Below are positions 46,755 to 57,113 of a stretch of 64,000 nucleotides of DNA, piece by piece. The stretch's first letter is position 1. Every line of letters begins with the position of its first letter. The stretch is taken from assembly GCA_023231005.1 (NCBI GenBank), contig JALNWG010000018.1, positions 2,549-66,548 of the forward strand. Direction: 5' to 3'. Origin of the DNA: Bacteroidales bacterium (GTDB lineage: Bacteria; Bacteroidota; Bacteroidia; Bacteroidales; FEN-979). The position numbers were made by a program, and so were the translations under genes. The notes under the pieces were generated by a model, which saw only the letters and a list, made by a program, of their open reading frames with translations, ran no database searches and had not been told where the DNA came from.

Positions 46755-47382
46755 GTACAACTACATCGTAATAGAAGGCAATATCGGAGCAGGAAAGACA
46801 TCGCTGGCAACACAGATGGCCAAAGAACTTAACGCTTCTCTGATTCTCGAGCAATTTGAAGAGAACTCTTTTTTACCTAAATTTTATGAAGATCCACTCC
46901 GGTATTCATTTCCATTAGAACTCTCTTTTTTGGCCGACCGGTATCAGCAATTGAAAAATCATTTCAATAAACCCGATCTCTTTACCTCCTTCACCATTGC
47001 CGATTATTTCATCTTCAAATCGCTGATCTTCGCCAGCCGCAATCTTGAATCACTTGAATTCGGACTCTATGGAAAACTTTTCAACATCGTCTCTTCTGTC
47101 GTCCCCCGGCCCGAACTGATCGTCTACCTTTACCTCAACCTGGAAAATCTGAAGAAAAATATCGAAAAACGTGGCCGTCCTTATGAACAAAACATCAAGT
47201 TCGACTATCTCGATAAAATACAAACCGGGTATCTTGAATTTCTACGACAGCAACCCGACCTCCGCGTACTGCTAATCGATACCAACAACCTTGATTTTGT
47301 TGCCCATAATGAAGACTACCAATGGCTCAAAGAAGTGATCATGAAAGAATATCCGGTTGGAATGCACACCCTCACAAAATGA
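46753..47382 (+). CDS. Deoxynucleoside kinase family protein
   Basis: 209 aa with the P-loop IVIEGNIGAGKTSLA near the N-terminus and the dNK-like motifs ..LEQFEENSFLPKFY.., ..FLADRY.. and ..ERGRPYEQ. Only a TTG start is available. Confidence 0.8.
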   Translation: MYNYIVIEGNIGAGKTSLATQMAKELNASLILEQFEENSFLPKFYEDPLRYSFPLELSFLADRYQQLKNHFNKPDLFTSFTIADYFIFKSLIFASRNLESLEFGLYGKLFNIVSSVVPRPELIVYLYLNLENLKKNIEKRGRPYEQNIKFDYLDKIQTGYLEFLRQQPDLRVLLIDTNNLDFVAHNEDYQWLKEVIMKEYPVGMHTLTK

Positions 47383-47425
47383 TGCACTCACTTCGTTTGC
47401 CGATGGATTTCTTCCCTCCCTCCTC

Positions 47426-48067
47426 CTAATTTGCAAATAGTTTTTTCAGTAACTGGTCGATTTTATAACCATAATCGGGATCTGCTGCCCAGGTACCTGC
47501 CAGATCATAAATCGTAAAGACCGTACCGCGATGCACATGTTCCAGCCGTTTATCCACCGGAGGGGATTGTAAAGGATCTACACTGGCATAAGCTTTGAGA
47601 TGTTGAATATGCGCCCTTACACCCTCTTCCATTGAATCAAACCAGTCGCCTGCCGTATAGGCATTGATGGCACCCAAACCACAGAAATTATTCTGGAACC
47701 GGCTTACAGAACCGGTAAACCGCAGGAAACCGGTCTCCAAACACATCTGGCATACGGCTACATCATGGTTCACTCCTTCCCGCTTGCTTTCGATAATATA
47801 CGTCCGGATCAGCCGGACAAGATAAGCCGAATCAAGATTGTTATTGTTATCAAGCATGAAACTGATGAGGGTCGACGGGGACTTGATCCCACGGTCCATG
47901 ATCATGATCGATGGATATGCTGGCCGTCGGGGGGCGCGATCGGTAACCCTCCCACCGGAAAAAACCGGAGGAACCATCAGGAGAAAAAAAAGCAACAGGG
48001 ACTGTCGCACCAACAACATTACAGCGTGTTTATTCACGTCGCAAGAGTAATCGAATTTTCCACACAA
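47426..48067 (-). CDS. Glucosaminidase (GH73-like, mannosyl-glycoprotein endo-beta-N-acetylglucosaminidase) domain protein
   Basis: 213 aa with an N-terminal hydrophobic segment. ..VAVCQMCLETGFLRF..NFCGLGA..F.S.EEGVRAHIQHLKAY is the pattern of glucosaminidase-domain proteins. Confidence 0.55.
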   Translation of the reverse strand: MCGKFDYSCDVNKHAVMLLVRQSLLLFFLLMVPPVFSGGRVTDRAPRRPAYPSIMIMDRGIKSPSTLISFMLDNNNNLDSAYLVRLIRTYIIESKREGVNHDVAVCQMCLETGFLRFTGSVSRFQNNFCGLGAINAYTAGDWFDSMEEGVRAHIQHLKAYASVDPLQSPPVDKRLEHVHRGTVFTIYDLAGTWAADPDYGYKIDQLLKKLFAN

Positions 48068-48207
48068 AAAAGCACCTTCGGCCTTTTTTTTTGCACAGGA
48101 AAATGTTCATATTTTATTGTCCTGATCAATAGATTCACTTCGTTCGATGATAAAACTGCAACCGATGGAATTATTTATATCTTTGTCCCATATCAAAATT
48201 CCGCTCC

Positions 48208-49968
48208 ATGAAACAGTTTTTCAAATTCATGTTTGCCAGTATGCTGGGAACATTTCTCGTTTTGTTGATCCTGTCGGTTATATCGTTCGGGATCATTGCC
48301 GCTATCGTTGCTTCCGCTTCACAGGAAGAAGTGGTAATATCAAAAAACACGGTGCTTCAGCTTAAACTGAACAAAACCATTGCCGACCGGAGTTCCAAAA
48401 CAAAGGTTGTGATGGGTTATTCCGGCCCAGAAAAAAATACCGGATTGAATGAAATTCTGGATAATTTAAAGAAAGCAAAAAATGATGATAACATCGCCGG
48501 GATATATCTCGATCTGAGCGATATTCCTGCCGGTATTTCCACTGTATCGGAGATTCGTGAAGGATTGCTGGATTTTAAAAAATCAGGAAAATTTATTTGG
48601 GCCTATAGCGAAGTCTATTCTCAAAAATCATATTACCTGGCTACCGCAGCCGATAAAATTTTCCTTCAACCCCAGGGCGCAATCGAATTCAAAGGCCTTT
48701 CCTCCGAGATCATGTTCGTGAAAGGTTTACTTGAAAAACTGGATGTGAAAATGCAGATCATCCGTCATGGTAAATTTAAAGCAGCTACGGAACCGCTGTT
48801 TCTGGACAAAATGAGTCCCGAAAACAGAAAGCAGATGACCGAACTTGTTAATAATGTATGGAATGAAATCCTCGACGGAATTGTTGATACCCGTAAAATA
48901 AGCCGGCAGGAGCTGAACAATCTTGCCGACAGTTTGAAAATTCAGACTGCAGAAGATGCCCTGAAATACAAATTTGTGGATCAACTGGTCTATAAAGATG
49001 AATTGATCACCGAGATGAAGAAAAAACTCGCCCTCACCGACAAACAAAAAATTCAATTGGTAACGCTCGAAAAATATACCGATGTAGCAGAAAAGAAACA
49101 CGGTACGACACCTTCCGATAAAATTGCCGTAGTCTATGCCAGTGGCTCCATTGGAAGCGGAACGGGCGACGATGAAAGTATTGGATCAGAGCGGATCTCC
49201 AAAGCGCTGAGAAAAGCGCGTGAAGATGACAAAGTGAAAGCCATCGTTTTCCGCATCAACTCAGGAGGTGGCAGCGCCCTGGCCAGCGATGTGATCTGGC
49301 GTGAAGTCGACCTCGCCCGCCAGGTGAAGCCCGTTGTGGCATCTTTCGGCGATGTGGCTGCCAGCGGAGGTTATTACATCGCCTGTGCTGCTTCAAAAAT
49401 CATAGCCGACCCCACTACCATCACCGGCTCCATCGGAGTATTCGGAGTGATCCCAAATTTCCAGGGCCTCTTTTCCAAAAAATTGGGAATCACTTTCGAT
49501 CTAGCCAATACCAACAAAAACAGTGACTATATTCCCGTTCAAAAACCCCTTACCCCCTATCAAACACTACTCATCCAGCGTGATGTCGATCATATTTATG
49601 ATGTCTTCACAGGAAAAGTGGCAGCCGGACGGAAAATGACCAAGGCTGCGGTCGACGACATCGGCCAGGGCCGGATATGGAGCGGCACGGATGCAAAAAA
49701 CATCGGCCTGATCGACGATTTTGGCGGACTGTCAAAGGCTATTGAAACAGCTGCGGAATTAGCAAAGATCAAAAACTACCGCATCCTCTCCCTCCCCGAA
49801 CAAAAAGAATGGTTTGAAGAACTCATTAATCAGATCACCGGAAACGACCCCTCCGCAAAACTCAAGCAAGCCCTGGGCGAAAACTACCAGTATTACCAGT
49901 ACCTGAAAGAACTCCAGGAAATGAAAGGGGTGCAGGCAAGGCTGCTTTATGACCTGAATTTGCAGTAA
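48208..49968 (+). CDS. sppA: Signal peptide peptidase SppA, 67K type
   Basis: 586 aa with an N-terminal TM segment and two tandem S49 domains. The second carries GDVAASGGYYIA and ITGSIGVFG. Confidence 0.9.
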   Translation: MKQFFKFMFASMLGTFLVLLILSVISFGIIAAIVASASQEEVVISKNTVLQLKLNKTIADRSSKTKVVMGYSGPEKNTGLNEILDNLKKAKNDDNIAGIYLDLSDIPAGISTVSEIREGLLDFKKSGKFIWAYSEVYSQKSYYLATAADKIFLQPQGAIEFKGLSSEIMFVKGLLEKLDVKMQIIRHGKFKAATEPLFLDKMSPENRKQMTELVNNVWNEILDGIVDTRKISRQELNNLADSLKIQTAEDALKYKFVDQLVYKDELITEMKKKLALTDKQKIQLVTLEKYTDVAEKKHGTTPSDKIAVVYASGSIGSGTGDDESIGSERISKALRKAREDDKVKAIVFRINSGGGSALASDVIWREVDLARQVKPVVASFGDVAASGGYYIACAASKIIADPTTITGSIGVFGVIPNFQGLFSKKLGITFDLANTNKNSDYIPVQKPLTPYQTLLIQRDVDHIYDVFTGKVAAGRKMTKAAVDDIGQGRIWSGTDAKNIGLIDDFGGLSKAIETAAELAKIKNYRILSLPEQKEWFEELINQITGNDPSAKLKQALGENYQYYQYLKELQEMKGVQARLLYDLNLQ

Positions 49969-50062
49969 GAACTCCCGAATGGAACTGAAGTCAGTTCACT
50001 TTTGAGAAACATTGACAATTATCAACTGCTTTAACTAACAATTACAAATACCTCACAACAAT

Positions 50063-50097
50063 AAACCCCCTTCTCCTTGAAAGAGAAGGGGGTTTTT
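50063..50097. terminator. Bidirectional terminator between convergent sppA and PFOR genes
   Basis: A 10-bp perfect stem CCCCCTTCTC/GAGAAGGGGG (50066-50075 / 50083-50092) with a 7-nt loop is flanked by AAA on the left and TTTTT on the right. Confidence 0.7.
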
Positions 50098-50119
50098 GGA
50101 ATAAGGCCATTGTTGCTCC

Positions 50120-53100
50120 TTAGAATTTCATTTCAGCCAACCGCTTGTAATTATTGTAACGCCATTTGGCACATTCTTCAGCAGCTTTGAACAATTCATC
50201 TGCTTCTTCCGGGAACAATTTTTTAAGGGAGGTATAACGTACTTCCCCATTTAGAAACTCCTGGAATTTCGACCAGTCCGGTTCTTTGGAGTCGAGCGTG
50301 AAGGGATTCTTTCCGTCTTTTTCATTCATCGGATTGAACCGGTATAACTGCCAGTATCCTGAAGCTACGGCATTACTCATTTCCGTTTCCACCTTGCCCA
50401 TTCCGTTCCGTAATCCATGATTGATACAGGGAGCATAAGCAATGATCAGGGAAGGACCTTTATAGGATTCGGCTTCTTTTACAGCACGGAACAACTGACC
50501 GTTGTTGGCACCCATCGAAACCTGAGATACATAAACATACCCATAAGCCATGGCCATTGCCCCAAGATCCTTTTTCCGGATTTTTTTACCGGAAGCAGCA
50601 AATTTTGCAACGGCACCAATTGGCGTGGATTTGGATGACTGACCGCCGGTATTCGAATACACTTCAGTATCCAGAACCAGAATGTTGATGTCTTCGCCGG
50701 AAGCGATCACATGATCCAATCCACCATAACCGATATCATAAGCCCAGCCATCGCCACCGAGAATCCAGATCGATTTTTTAACCAAATATTGACGTAAGTC
50801 GATCAGGTCGGTAGCCAATTGATTGTTCTCTTTTTTCAGTAAGGGCAATAAACGGACAGTAGCCGCTTTGGAAGCATCCGCATCATACATGCCGTCAATC
50901 CAGGCTTGCATGGCTTCCATGGTCTCCGCACCCATCAGGTTTTCCTTGATGGCTGCCTTCATTTTTTCAGCAATGCGCTTACGAAGTTTCGTGATGGCAA
51001 CAGCCATCCCTAATCCATATTCAGCATTATCTTCAAATAATGAATTGGCCCAGGCGGGTCCTTTTCCTTCCGAATTAACACAATATGGAGTATAAGGAGC
51101 GGTACCTCCATAAATAGAGGAACAACCAGTGGCATTGGCAATCATCATGCGTTCGCCATAAAGCTGGGTTAGCAGTTTTACATAAGGAGTCTCCCCACAA
51201 CCGGAACAGGCACCCGAAAATTCAAAGAGAGGCTGTGAAAACTGACTGTTTTTGAAAGTCTTGAAACGGTCAACTACAGTATCGGTTTTATAACTTACAT
51301 GGTTAATAAGGTAATCCCAGTTTTTAATTTCAGAAAGTTGTGACCCCAGATCATGCAGTACCAGCGCTTTGGTTTTGGCAGGACAAACATCCAGACAGTT
51401 ACCGCAACCGGTGCAATCGAGAGGGCTTACCTGCATACGGAATTCCAATCCGGCAAGTTCTTTACCAACGGCTTTCAAGGTTACCATGTCGGCTGGCGCA
51501 TTTTTCTTTTCGGCCTCATTGAGAAGGAAAGGACGAATGGCAGCGTGAGGACAAACATAAGAACATTGGTTACACTGAATACAGTTGGCGGAGATCCATT
51601 CCGGAATGTTCACGGCAATACCGCGTTTTTCGAGCTTGGTCATCCCGTTGGGGAATGTACCATCTTCGCGGCCTACAAAGGCGCTTACCGGAATATCATC
51701 GCCATTCATCGCGTTAACCGGATCAAAGATCTCACGGACAAATTTATTTTCGCTTACTTTGGAAGAAAGGTTCACCACAATTTTTGACCATTCGGCAGGA
51801 ACATCAACTTTGGTTAATTCCCCACCCCGGTCGATGGCGGAATAGTTCATATTCACGACATCCTCACCTTTACGCCCATACGTTTTGCTGATGGCTTTTT
51901 TCATCTCTTTCACGGCATTCTCATAAGGAATGACGTTGGCCACTTTAAAGAAAGCGCTCTGCATAATGGAATTGGTACGGTTCCCCAAGCCAATCTCTTC
52001 AGCAATCTTGGTGGCATCAATGATATAGAAATTGATTTTGTGATCAGCCAGGTATTTTTTCATGTGATCGGGAAGCCGTTTCTTTGACTCTTCTGCATTC
52101 CAGATGGAGTTGAGAAGGAAAGTACCGCCATCCTTGAGCCCTTTCAGCATATCGTATTTTTCGAGATAGGCTGGTACATGGCAAGCAACAAAATCAGGTG
52201 TGATCACCAGATATGGGGAACGGATGGGGGTATCGCCGAAACGCAAATGGGATACGGTAATCCCGCCCGATTTTTTAGAATCGTAGAAGAAATAAGCCTG
52301 GGCATATTTATCGGTGTTATTTCCAATGATCTTAATGGAGTTTTTATTGGCTCCAACAGTTCCATCGGAACCAATACCGTAAAACTTGGCAGAATAGGTC
52401 CCCTTGGGGGCAATATCCATCTCCGGAAGTAACGGAAGCGAATGGAAGGTAACATCATCAACGATTCCAACCGTGAAGTGGTTTTTCGGTTCGTTGGCTT
52501 TCAAATTGTTGAAAACCGAGATAACCTGTGATGGGGTGGTATCTTTGGAACTGAGTCCATAACGACCGGCAATGATCATCGGATGCTGTTCCCTTTCATA
52601 AAACATGTCGCGAATATCGAGATAAAGCGGGTCGCCATTGGCTCCGGGTTCTTTGGTACGATCGAGAACACAGATGCGTTTCACACTCTTGGGAAGCACA
52701 TTAAAGAAATACTTAGAAGAGAAGGGACGATAAAGATGAACTGAGATCAATCCCACTTTTTCGCCTTTGGCCATCAGATAATCGATCACCTCTTTGGTGG
52801 TATCGGTGATGGAGCCCATGGCAACGATGATGTTTTCAGCTTGAGGATGACCATAATACATAAAAGGATGATATACCCGGCCACTCAATTTTGTGATTTC
52901 CTGCATATAAGCTTCTACGATGTCGGGGATCGGTTCATAGAATTTATTCACCGCTTCCTTAGCCTGGAAGAAAATATCGGGATTTTGAGCAGTACCGCGG
53001 GTTACCGGATGTTCGGGATTAAGGGCCCTATCGCGGAATTCCTGTAAGGCTTTAAAATCAAGCAATTTGATCATATCTTCATTCTCGTAACATTCTACTT

Positions 53101-53650
53101 TCTGGATTTCATGAGAAGTCCTGAATCCATCGAAGAAATGAAGAAAAGGAACCCTTGATTTGATGGCTGCCAGGTGGGCGATTCCAGCAAGGTCCATAAC
53201 TTCCTGAACCGAACCGGAAGCCAACATGGCAAAACCGGTCTGACGAGTAGCATAAATATCGCCATGATCACCAAAAATTGAAAGAGCATGGGCTGCTACC
53301 GTACGGGCACTTACGTGGAAAACGGCTGGTAACAACTCCCCGGCTAATTTGTACATATTTGGAATCATCAGCAAAAGCCCCTGAGAAGCGGTAAAGGTAG
53401 TGGTTAGCGCACCAGCCTGTAAGGATCCGTGAAGAGCTCCGGCAGCGCCAGCTTCACTCTGCATCTCTACTACTCTCACTTCATCACCAAAAATATTTTT
53501 ACGACCATGTGCTGCCCATTCATCCACGTTTTCAGCCATATTCGATGAAGGGGTAATAGGGAATATGGCAGCTACTTCACTGAACATATAAGCCATGTGA
53601 GCAGCAGCCTGATTACCGTCGCACGACAAGAATTTTTTCGTTTTATTCAT
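50120..53650 (-). CDS. nifJ: Pyruvate:ferredoxin (flavodoxin) oxidoreductase
   Basis: 1176 aa single-chain PFOR with two ferredoxin-type motifs CIQCNQCSYVCPHAAIR and CTGCGNCLDVCP. The TPP domain has GGDGWAYDIGYGGLDH. Confidence 0.95.
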   Translation of the reverse strand: MNKTKKFLSCDGNQAAAHMAYMFSEVAAIFPITPSSNMAENVDEWAAHGRKNIFGDEVRVVEMQSEAGAAGALHGSLQAGALTTTFTASQGLLLMIPNMYKLAGELLPAVFHVSARTVAAHALSIFGDHGDIYATRQTGFAMLASGSVQEVMDLAGIAHLAAIKSRVPFLHFFDGFRTSHEIQKVECYENEDMIKLLDFKALQEFRDRALNPEHPVTRGTAQNPDIFFQAKEAVNKFYEPIPDIVEAYMQEITKLSGRVYHPFMYYGHPQAENIIVAMGSITDTTKEVIDYLMAKGEKVGLISVHLYRPFSSKYFFNVLPKSVKRICVLDRTKEPGANGDPLYLDIRDMFYEREQHPMIIAGRYGLSSKDTTPSQVISVFNNLKANEPKNHFTVGIVDDVTFHSLPLLPEMDIAPKGTYSAKFYGIGSDGTVGANKNSIKIIGNNTDKYAQAYFFYDSKKSGGITVSHLRFGDTPIRSPYLVITPDFVACHVPAYLEKYDMLKGLKDGGTFLLNSIWNAEESKKRLPDHMKKYLADHKINFYIIDATKIAEEIGLGNRTNSIMQSAFFKVANVIPYENAVKEMKKAISKTYGRKGEDVVNMNYSAIDRGGELTKVDVPAEWSKIVVNLSSKVSENKFVREIFDPVNAMNGDDIPVSAFVGREDGTFPNGMTKLEKRGIAVNIPEWISANCIQCNQCSYVCPHAAIRPFLLNEAEKKNAPADMVTLKAVGKELAGLEFRMQVSPLDCTGCGNCLDVCPAKTKALVLHDLGSQLSEIKNWDYLINHVSYKTDTVVDRFKTFKNSQFSQPLFEFSGACSGCGETPYVKLLTQLYGERMMIANATGCSSIYGGTAPYTPYCVNSEGKGPAWANSLFEDNAEYGLGMAVAITKLRKRIAEKMKAAIKENLMGAETMEAMQAWIDGMYDADASKAATVRLLPLLKKENNQLATDLIDLRQYLVKKSIWILGGDGWAYDIGYGGLDHVIASGEDINILVLDTEVYSNTGGQSSKSTPIGAVAKFAASGKKIRKKDLGAMAMAYGYVYVSQVSMGANNGQLFRAVKEAESYKGPSLIIAYAPCINHGLRNGMGKVETEMSNAVASGYWQLYRFNPMNEKDGKNPFTLDSKEPDWSKFQEFLNGEVRYTSLKKLFPEEADELFKAAEECAKWRYNNYKRLAEMKF

Positions 53651-53735
53651 AATATATTGAAATTTAAGAAATTAGTTTCTCTGTTGTGAAATTACTAACA
53701 GTCGGCAAAAGTACAAAAAAATTCCGGAAAATTGC

Positions 53736-53770
53736 TATTCTTAATTCTTAATTCCTAATTCCTAATTGTT
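53736..53770 (+). repeat. Heptamer array E: (T)ATTCTT AATTCTT AATTCCT AATTCCT AATTGTT
   Basis: Five units lie in the divergent spacer between PFOR (start 53650) and mutS2 (ATG 53816). Confidence 0.85.
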
Positions 53771-53815
53771 TAATCGGTGATCGGCCATCTACCATCTTTT
53801 CCTTACCTTTGCTGT

Positions 53816-56167
53816 ATGATCTTCCCTTCAAACTTTGAACAAAAACTCGGTTTCGATGCCCTCCGGCAGTTGCTCAGAGCGTATTGTCTGAGTTCGCTGG
53901 GGAGAGAGAATGTAGATCTGATTTCCTTTTCAACCGATCCTGACGAGATTGAACAATGGCTGTCGGGAACTGCCGAGATGCGGCAAATTCTGGAGTTTGA
54001 GGAACATTTTCCGGCACAGGATTATTATGATATGATCCCTGCCCTTCTTGGTATCCGGATCCCTGGTTCTTATATGGAACCTGAACAACTGTCGGAATTG
54101 CGGCTCTCGTTGACTGCCATCTTGACTTTAATCGATTTCCTGAGTGAACGAACTAATAAATATCCGGTTCTTAACCGACTTCTTCAGCAAACAGAATTCA
54201 GAACCCAGCAAGTTCGTAATGTAGCGCTACCTGCCATTTGCCATCCGTCATCCGCCAATGAAGTATGTCCATCTATCATTGAACTTTTAGCTCGGCTTGA
54301 CAAAATCCTGAACGAAAAATCGGAGATTCGCGATTCGGCTTCGGTGGAATTACAAAGAATCAGGAAGGAAAAGGTTTCCATGCAAACTTCTGTAGAGCGA
54401 AAGGTTGTTCAGTGTTTTAACCAGGCTCGTAAAAGCGGCTGGGTACCCGAAGATGCGGATATCACGATACGAAATGGACGGTTGGTGATCCCGATGATCA
54501 GTACCCACAAGCGAAAAATTGCAGGGTTTGTCCATGATGAATCGGCTACCGGTCACACGGTATTTGTGGAACCAGCCGAGATCTTTGAGACCAATAATGA
54601 AATACGGGAACTTGAATATGCTGAACGCCGGGAAATTGTGAAGATCCTGGCCGCTTTTGCCACCCTGCTTCGCCCGGATATTGAATTGCTGATCCAGGCT
54701 TACCGGTTTCTCGGGAAGATAGACTTTATCCGGGCCAAAGGAAGATTGGCCATCAATACGGGAGGAAGAAAGCCCATGTTGTCTGCGAGTTCATCAAGCC
54801 TCCTTTGGCGCGGAGCCATCCATCCGCTTCTTTTTCTCAGTCATCAGAAACAAAAAAAAGAGATCGTTCCACTTGATATTGAATTACATCAAGAGCAACG
54901 GATCATCATCATTTCCGGACCGAATGCGGGGGGAAAATCGGTGTGCTTGAAAACAGTAGGATTGGTGCAGTATATGTACCAATGCGGACTTCTGCCACCG
55001 GTTAAAGAAGATTCGGAGTTTTGCATTTTTAAAAACATCTTCATCGATATCGGCGATGAGCAATCGATCGACAACGACCTCAGCACCTATACCTCCAAAT
55101 TGATCAACCTGAAATTTTTTCTTGAACACATTGATAACCATTCCTTATTTTTGATCGATGAACTGGGAACCGGCACCGATCCTTCCCTGGGAGGTGCCAT
55201 TGCCGAAGCAACCCTCGAATCGCTCAACGAAAAAGGGGCTTTCGGAGTCGTCACAACCCATTATTCCAATTTGAAACTCCTGGCCGGCCGGCTATCCGGA
55301 ATTGTAAATGGTGCCATGCTTTTCGACCTGAAGAAATTAAAACCATTATACCAGTTGAAAACCGGAAAACCGGGAAGTTCTTTTGCTCTGGAAATCGCCC
55401 ATGAAATTGGGTTTCCGGAGGATGTATTACAAATTGCGCGGGAAAAAACCGGGAAAAGTCAGCTCGATTTCGACCGTGAACTTCAAAACCTGGATGTTGA
55501 AAAAATAGAGATCAAACAAAAATCAACGGAATTAAAAATTGCCGATGACTTTTTATCTGAATTAATCAGGAAATATGAAAAGCTAACTTCAGATCTCGAA
55601 TCCAGGAAAAAAGAAATCCTGGAAAATGCCCGTGAAGAGGCTCGTGAATTACTGTCACAGTCGAATAAAGTCATTGAAAAAACCATCCGGGAGATCCGCG
55701 AAGCCCAGGCAGAAAAAACCCAAACCAAAGCAGCACGACAAAACCTTTCGACTCTCAAAACCGAGCTGGAAGAAAAAAACAAATCCGGCAGCCCAGCCTC
55801 GCCGGCAGGCAAGCAACATCTGTTATCCAAAGTGGAGCAACCCATCCGTGAACGAAGCGAACCAATCGGTCGCCGTATGCTCAGGTCGCAGGTCTACCCT
55901 GACTTTCAGCAAAAAGTCGAGAATTTTACGTTCACTTTGGATCTGAGAGGAAAACGGGTAGATGAGGCGCAGATGATGTTGCAACGATATATCGATGATG
56001 CCATTTTATTATCGATCCATGAAGTAAATATTTTACATGGAAAAGGAAATGGCGTATTGCGACAAGTAACCCGCGATTACCTGCGTTTGCAAAAAGAGGT
56101 GAAAACAGCGCGGGATGCTGCATTGGAACAAGGTGGTGCCGGAATTACCGTAGTAACTTTCAGATAA
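53816..56167 (+). CDS. mutS2: Endonuclease MutS2 (MutS-II ATPase + C-terminal Smr domain)
   Basis: The conserved N-terminus MIFPSNFEQKLGFD starts at ATG 53816; the track start GTG 53777 adds 13 non-conserved residues. It has Walker A SGPNAGGKS and LIDELGTGTDP. The Smr domain is LDLRGKRVDEA..ILHGKGNGVLR. Confidence 0.9.
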   Translation: MIFPSNFEQKLGFDALRQLLRAYCLSSLGRENVDLISFSTDPDEIEQWLSGTAEMRQILEFEEHFPAQDYYDMIPALLGIRIPGSYMEPEQLSELRLSLTAILTLIDFLSERTNKYPVLNRLLQQTEFRTQQVRNVALPAICHPSSANEVCPSIIELLARLDKILNEKSEIRDSASVELQRIRKEKVSMQTSVERKVVQCFNQARKSGWVPEDADITIRNGRLVIPMISTHKRKIAGFVHDESATGHTVFVEPAEIFETNNEIRELEYAERREIVKILAAFATLLRPDIELLIQAYRFLGKIDFIRAKGRLAINTGGRKPMLSASSSSLLWRGAIHPLLFLSHQKQKKEIVPLDIELHQEQRIIIISGPNAGGKSVCLKTVGLVQYMYQCGLLPPVKEDSEFCIFKNIFIDIGDEQSIDNDLSTYTSKLINLKFFLEHIDNHSLFLIDELGTGTDPSLGGAIAEATLESLNEKGAFGVVTTHYSNLKLLAGRLSGIVNGAMLFDLKKLKPLYQLKTGKPGSSFALEIAHEIGFPEDVLQIAREKTGKSQLDFDRELQNLDVEKIEIKQKSTELKIADDFLSELIRKYEKLTSDLESRKKEILENAREEARELLSQSNKVIEKTIREIREAQAEKTQTKAARQNLSTLKTELEEKNKSGSPASPAGKQHLLSKVEQPIRERSEPIGRRMLRSQVYPDFQQKVENFTFTLDLRGKRVDEAQMMLQRYIDDAILLSIHEVNILHGKGNGVLRQVTRDYLRLQKEVKTARDAALEQGGAGITVVTFR

Positions 56168-56259
56168 AATGAGTATTATCGAAATGATAAAACATTTGTT
56201 TTGTTATATTTTTTTACTTTTACAAAAAATAAATTGCAAACCTTTTAATCCTGGATTTT

Positions 56260-56688
56260 ATGAAATCTATTAAATTCAATGCATCCGAGCTCGAATTTTT
56301 GAAAAACCATTATGAGCTGGAATTGGTTGATGCCGAAAATTATATCGGTGAAATAAAAAATATATTAAAAAAATTAGGTGTCTCTGAAAAGAACATCCCT
56401 GAAACGACTACTCAAAAACCGGTCGATAAACAAAAAAAAGGAAAACGCGGCAGACCTAAAAAAGTAATTGAGGAAATAATTGTTGATCCGGCAATGGAAC
56501 CCGAAAAAAAAGCAAAACGGGGAAGAAAACCAAAATTAGAAAAACCAGTCCTTGAAAACAAAGCAGAAAAGAAACCCTTTAAAAAAAGAGGGAAAAGAGC
56601 AGCAACCAAGGTCTTCAAAACAACGCCTAATAAAGCTGCAATGAAATCTCTTGTAACTCCCGTTGTAGAATCCGTCCCAATCATCTAA
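56260..56688 (+). CDS. Lys-rich small protein with AT-hook motifs (histone-H1-like tail)
   Basis: 142 aa. An N-terminal ~45-aa helical region is followed by a basic tail containing GKRGRPKK (canonical R-G-R-P AT-hook core), KRGRKPK and KKRGKR. Confidence 0.5.
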   Translation: MKSIKFNASELEFLKNHYELELVDAENYIGEIKNILKKLGVSEKNIPETTTQKPVDKQKKGKRGRPKKVIEEIIVDPAMEPEKKAKRGRKPKLEKPVLENKAEKKPFKKRGKRAATKVFKTTPNKAAMKSLVTPVVESVPII

Positions 56689-56808
56689 GATTCTTTTTCC
56701 ATTCGAATCAAAAGAATGATTGTATTCCTCCTGCTTATCTATGCCAGATAGCAGACAGGTAGGGAAATAGTATCAGGATCATCGCAATAAATCATTTTTT
56801 TTCAACCC

Positions 56809-56839
56809 TTTGGAATTTCCAGGAAAGGTTGTATCTTTG
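56809..56839 (+). promoter_or_regulatory. Candidate sigma-A promoter of rpsT
   Basis: TTTG (56809-56812), 19 nt, then TAtcTTTG (56832-56839). It lies 28 nt upstream of ATG 56868 and is a full consensus match. Confidence 0.55.
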
Positions 56840-56867
56840 CACCCCAATTTGAAAATTATTTAACAAC

Positions 56868-57113
56868 ATGGCTAACCATATCAGCGCAAAAAAACGCATC
56901 CGTAGTACCAAAACCAAACGTACCCAAAACCGCTATCAGGGCCGCACCGTTCGTAATGCCGTGAAGAAATTACGCGAAACCGAAGAAAAAGAGACTGTTG
57001 TGAAAGATCTTCCCAAAGTTATCTCCCAGATCGACAAGCTGGCCAAGAAAAGCGTCATCCACAAAAATAAAGCAGCTAACCTGAAGAGTAAGCTGATGAA
57101 AAAAGCAAAATAA
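56868..57113 (+). CDS. rpsT: 30S ribosomal protein S20
   Basis: 81 aa. [23 protein letters not shown].. and ..IHKNKAANLKSKL are typical of S20. Confidence 0.9.
   Translation: MANHISAKKRIRSTKTKRTQNRYQGRTVRNAVKKLRETEEKETVVKDLPKVISQIDKLAKKSVIHKNKAANLKSKLMKKAK

Noticed and set aside
50066-50092. Similarity between the terminator hairpin CCCCCTTCTCCTTGAAAGAGAAGGGGG and the hairpin at 59883-59904 (CCCCTTCCTTGAGGAGAAGGGG), considered as a possible repeat or MITE family.
   Set aside because: The shared sequence is only about 20 nt of simple C/G-rich stem. There are no terminal inverted repeats or target duplications. Two copies are insufficient.
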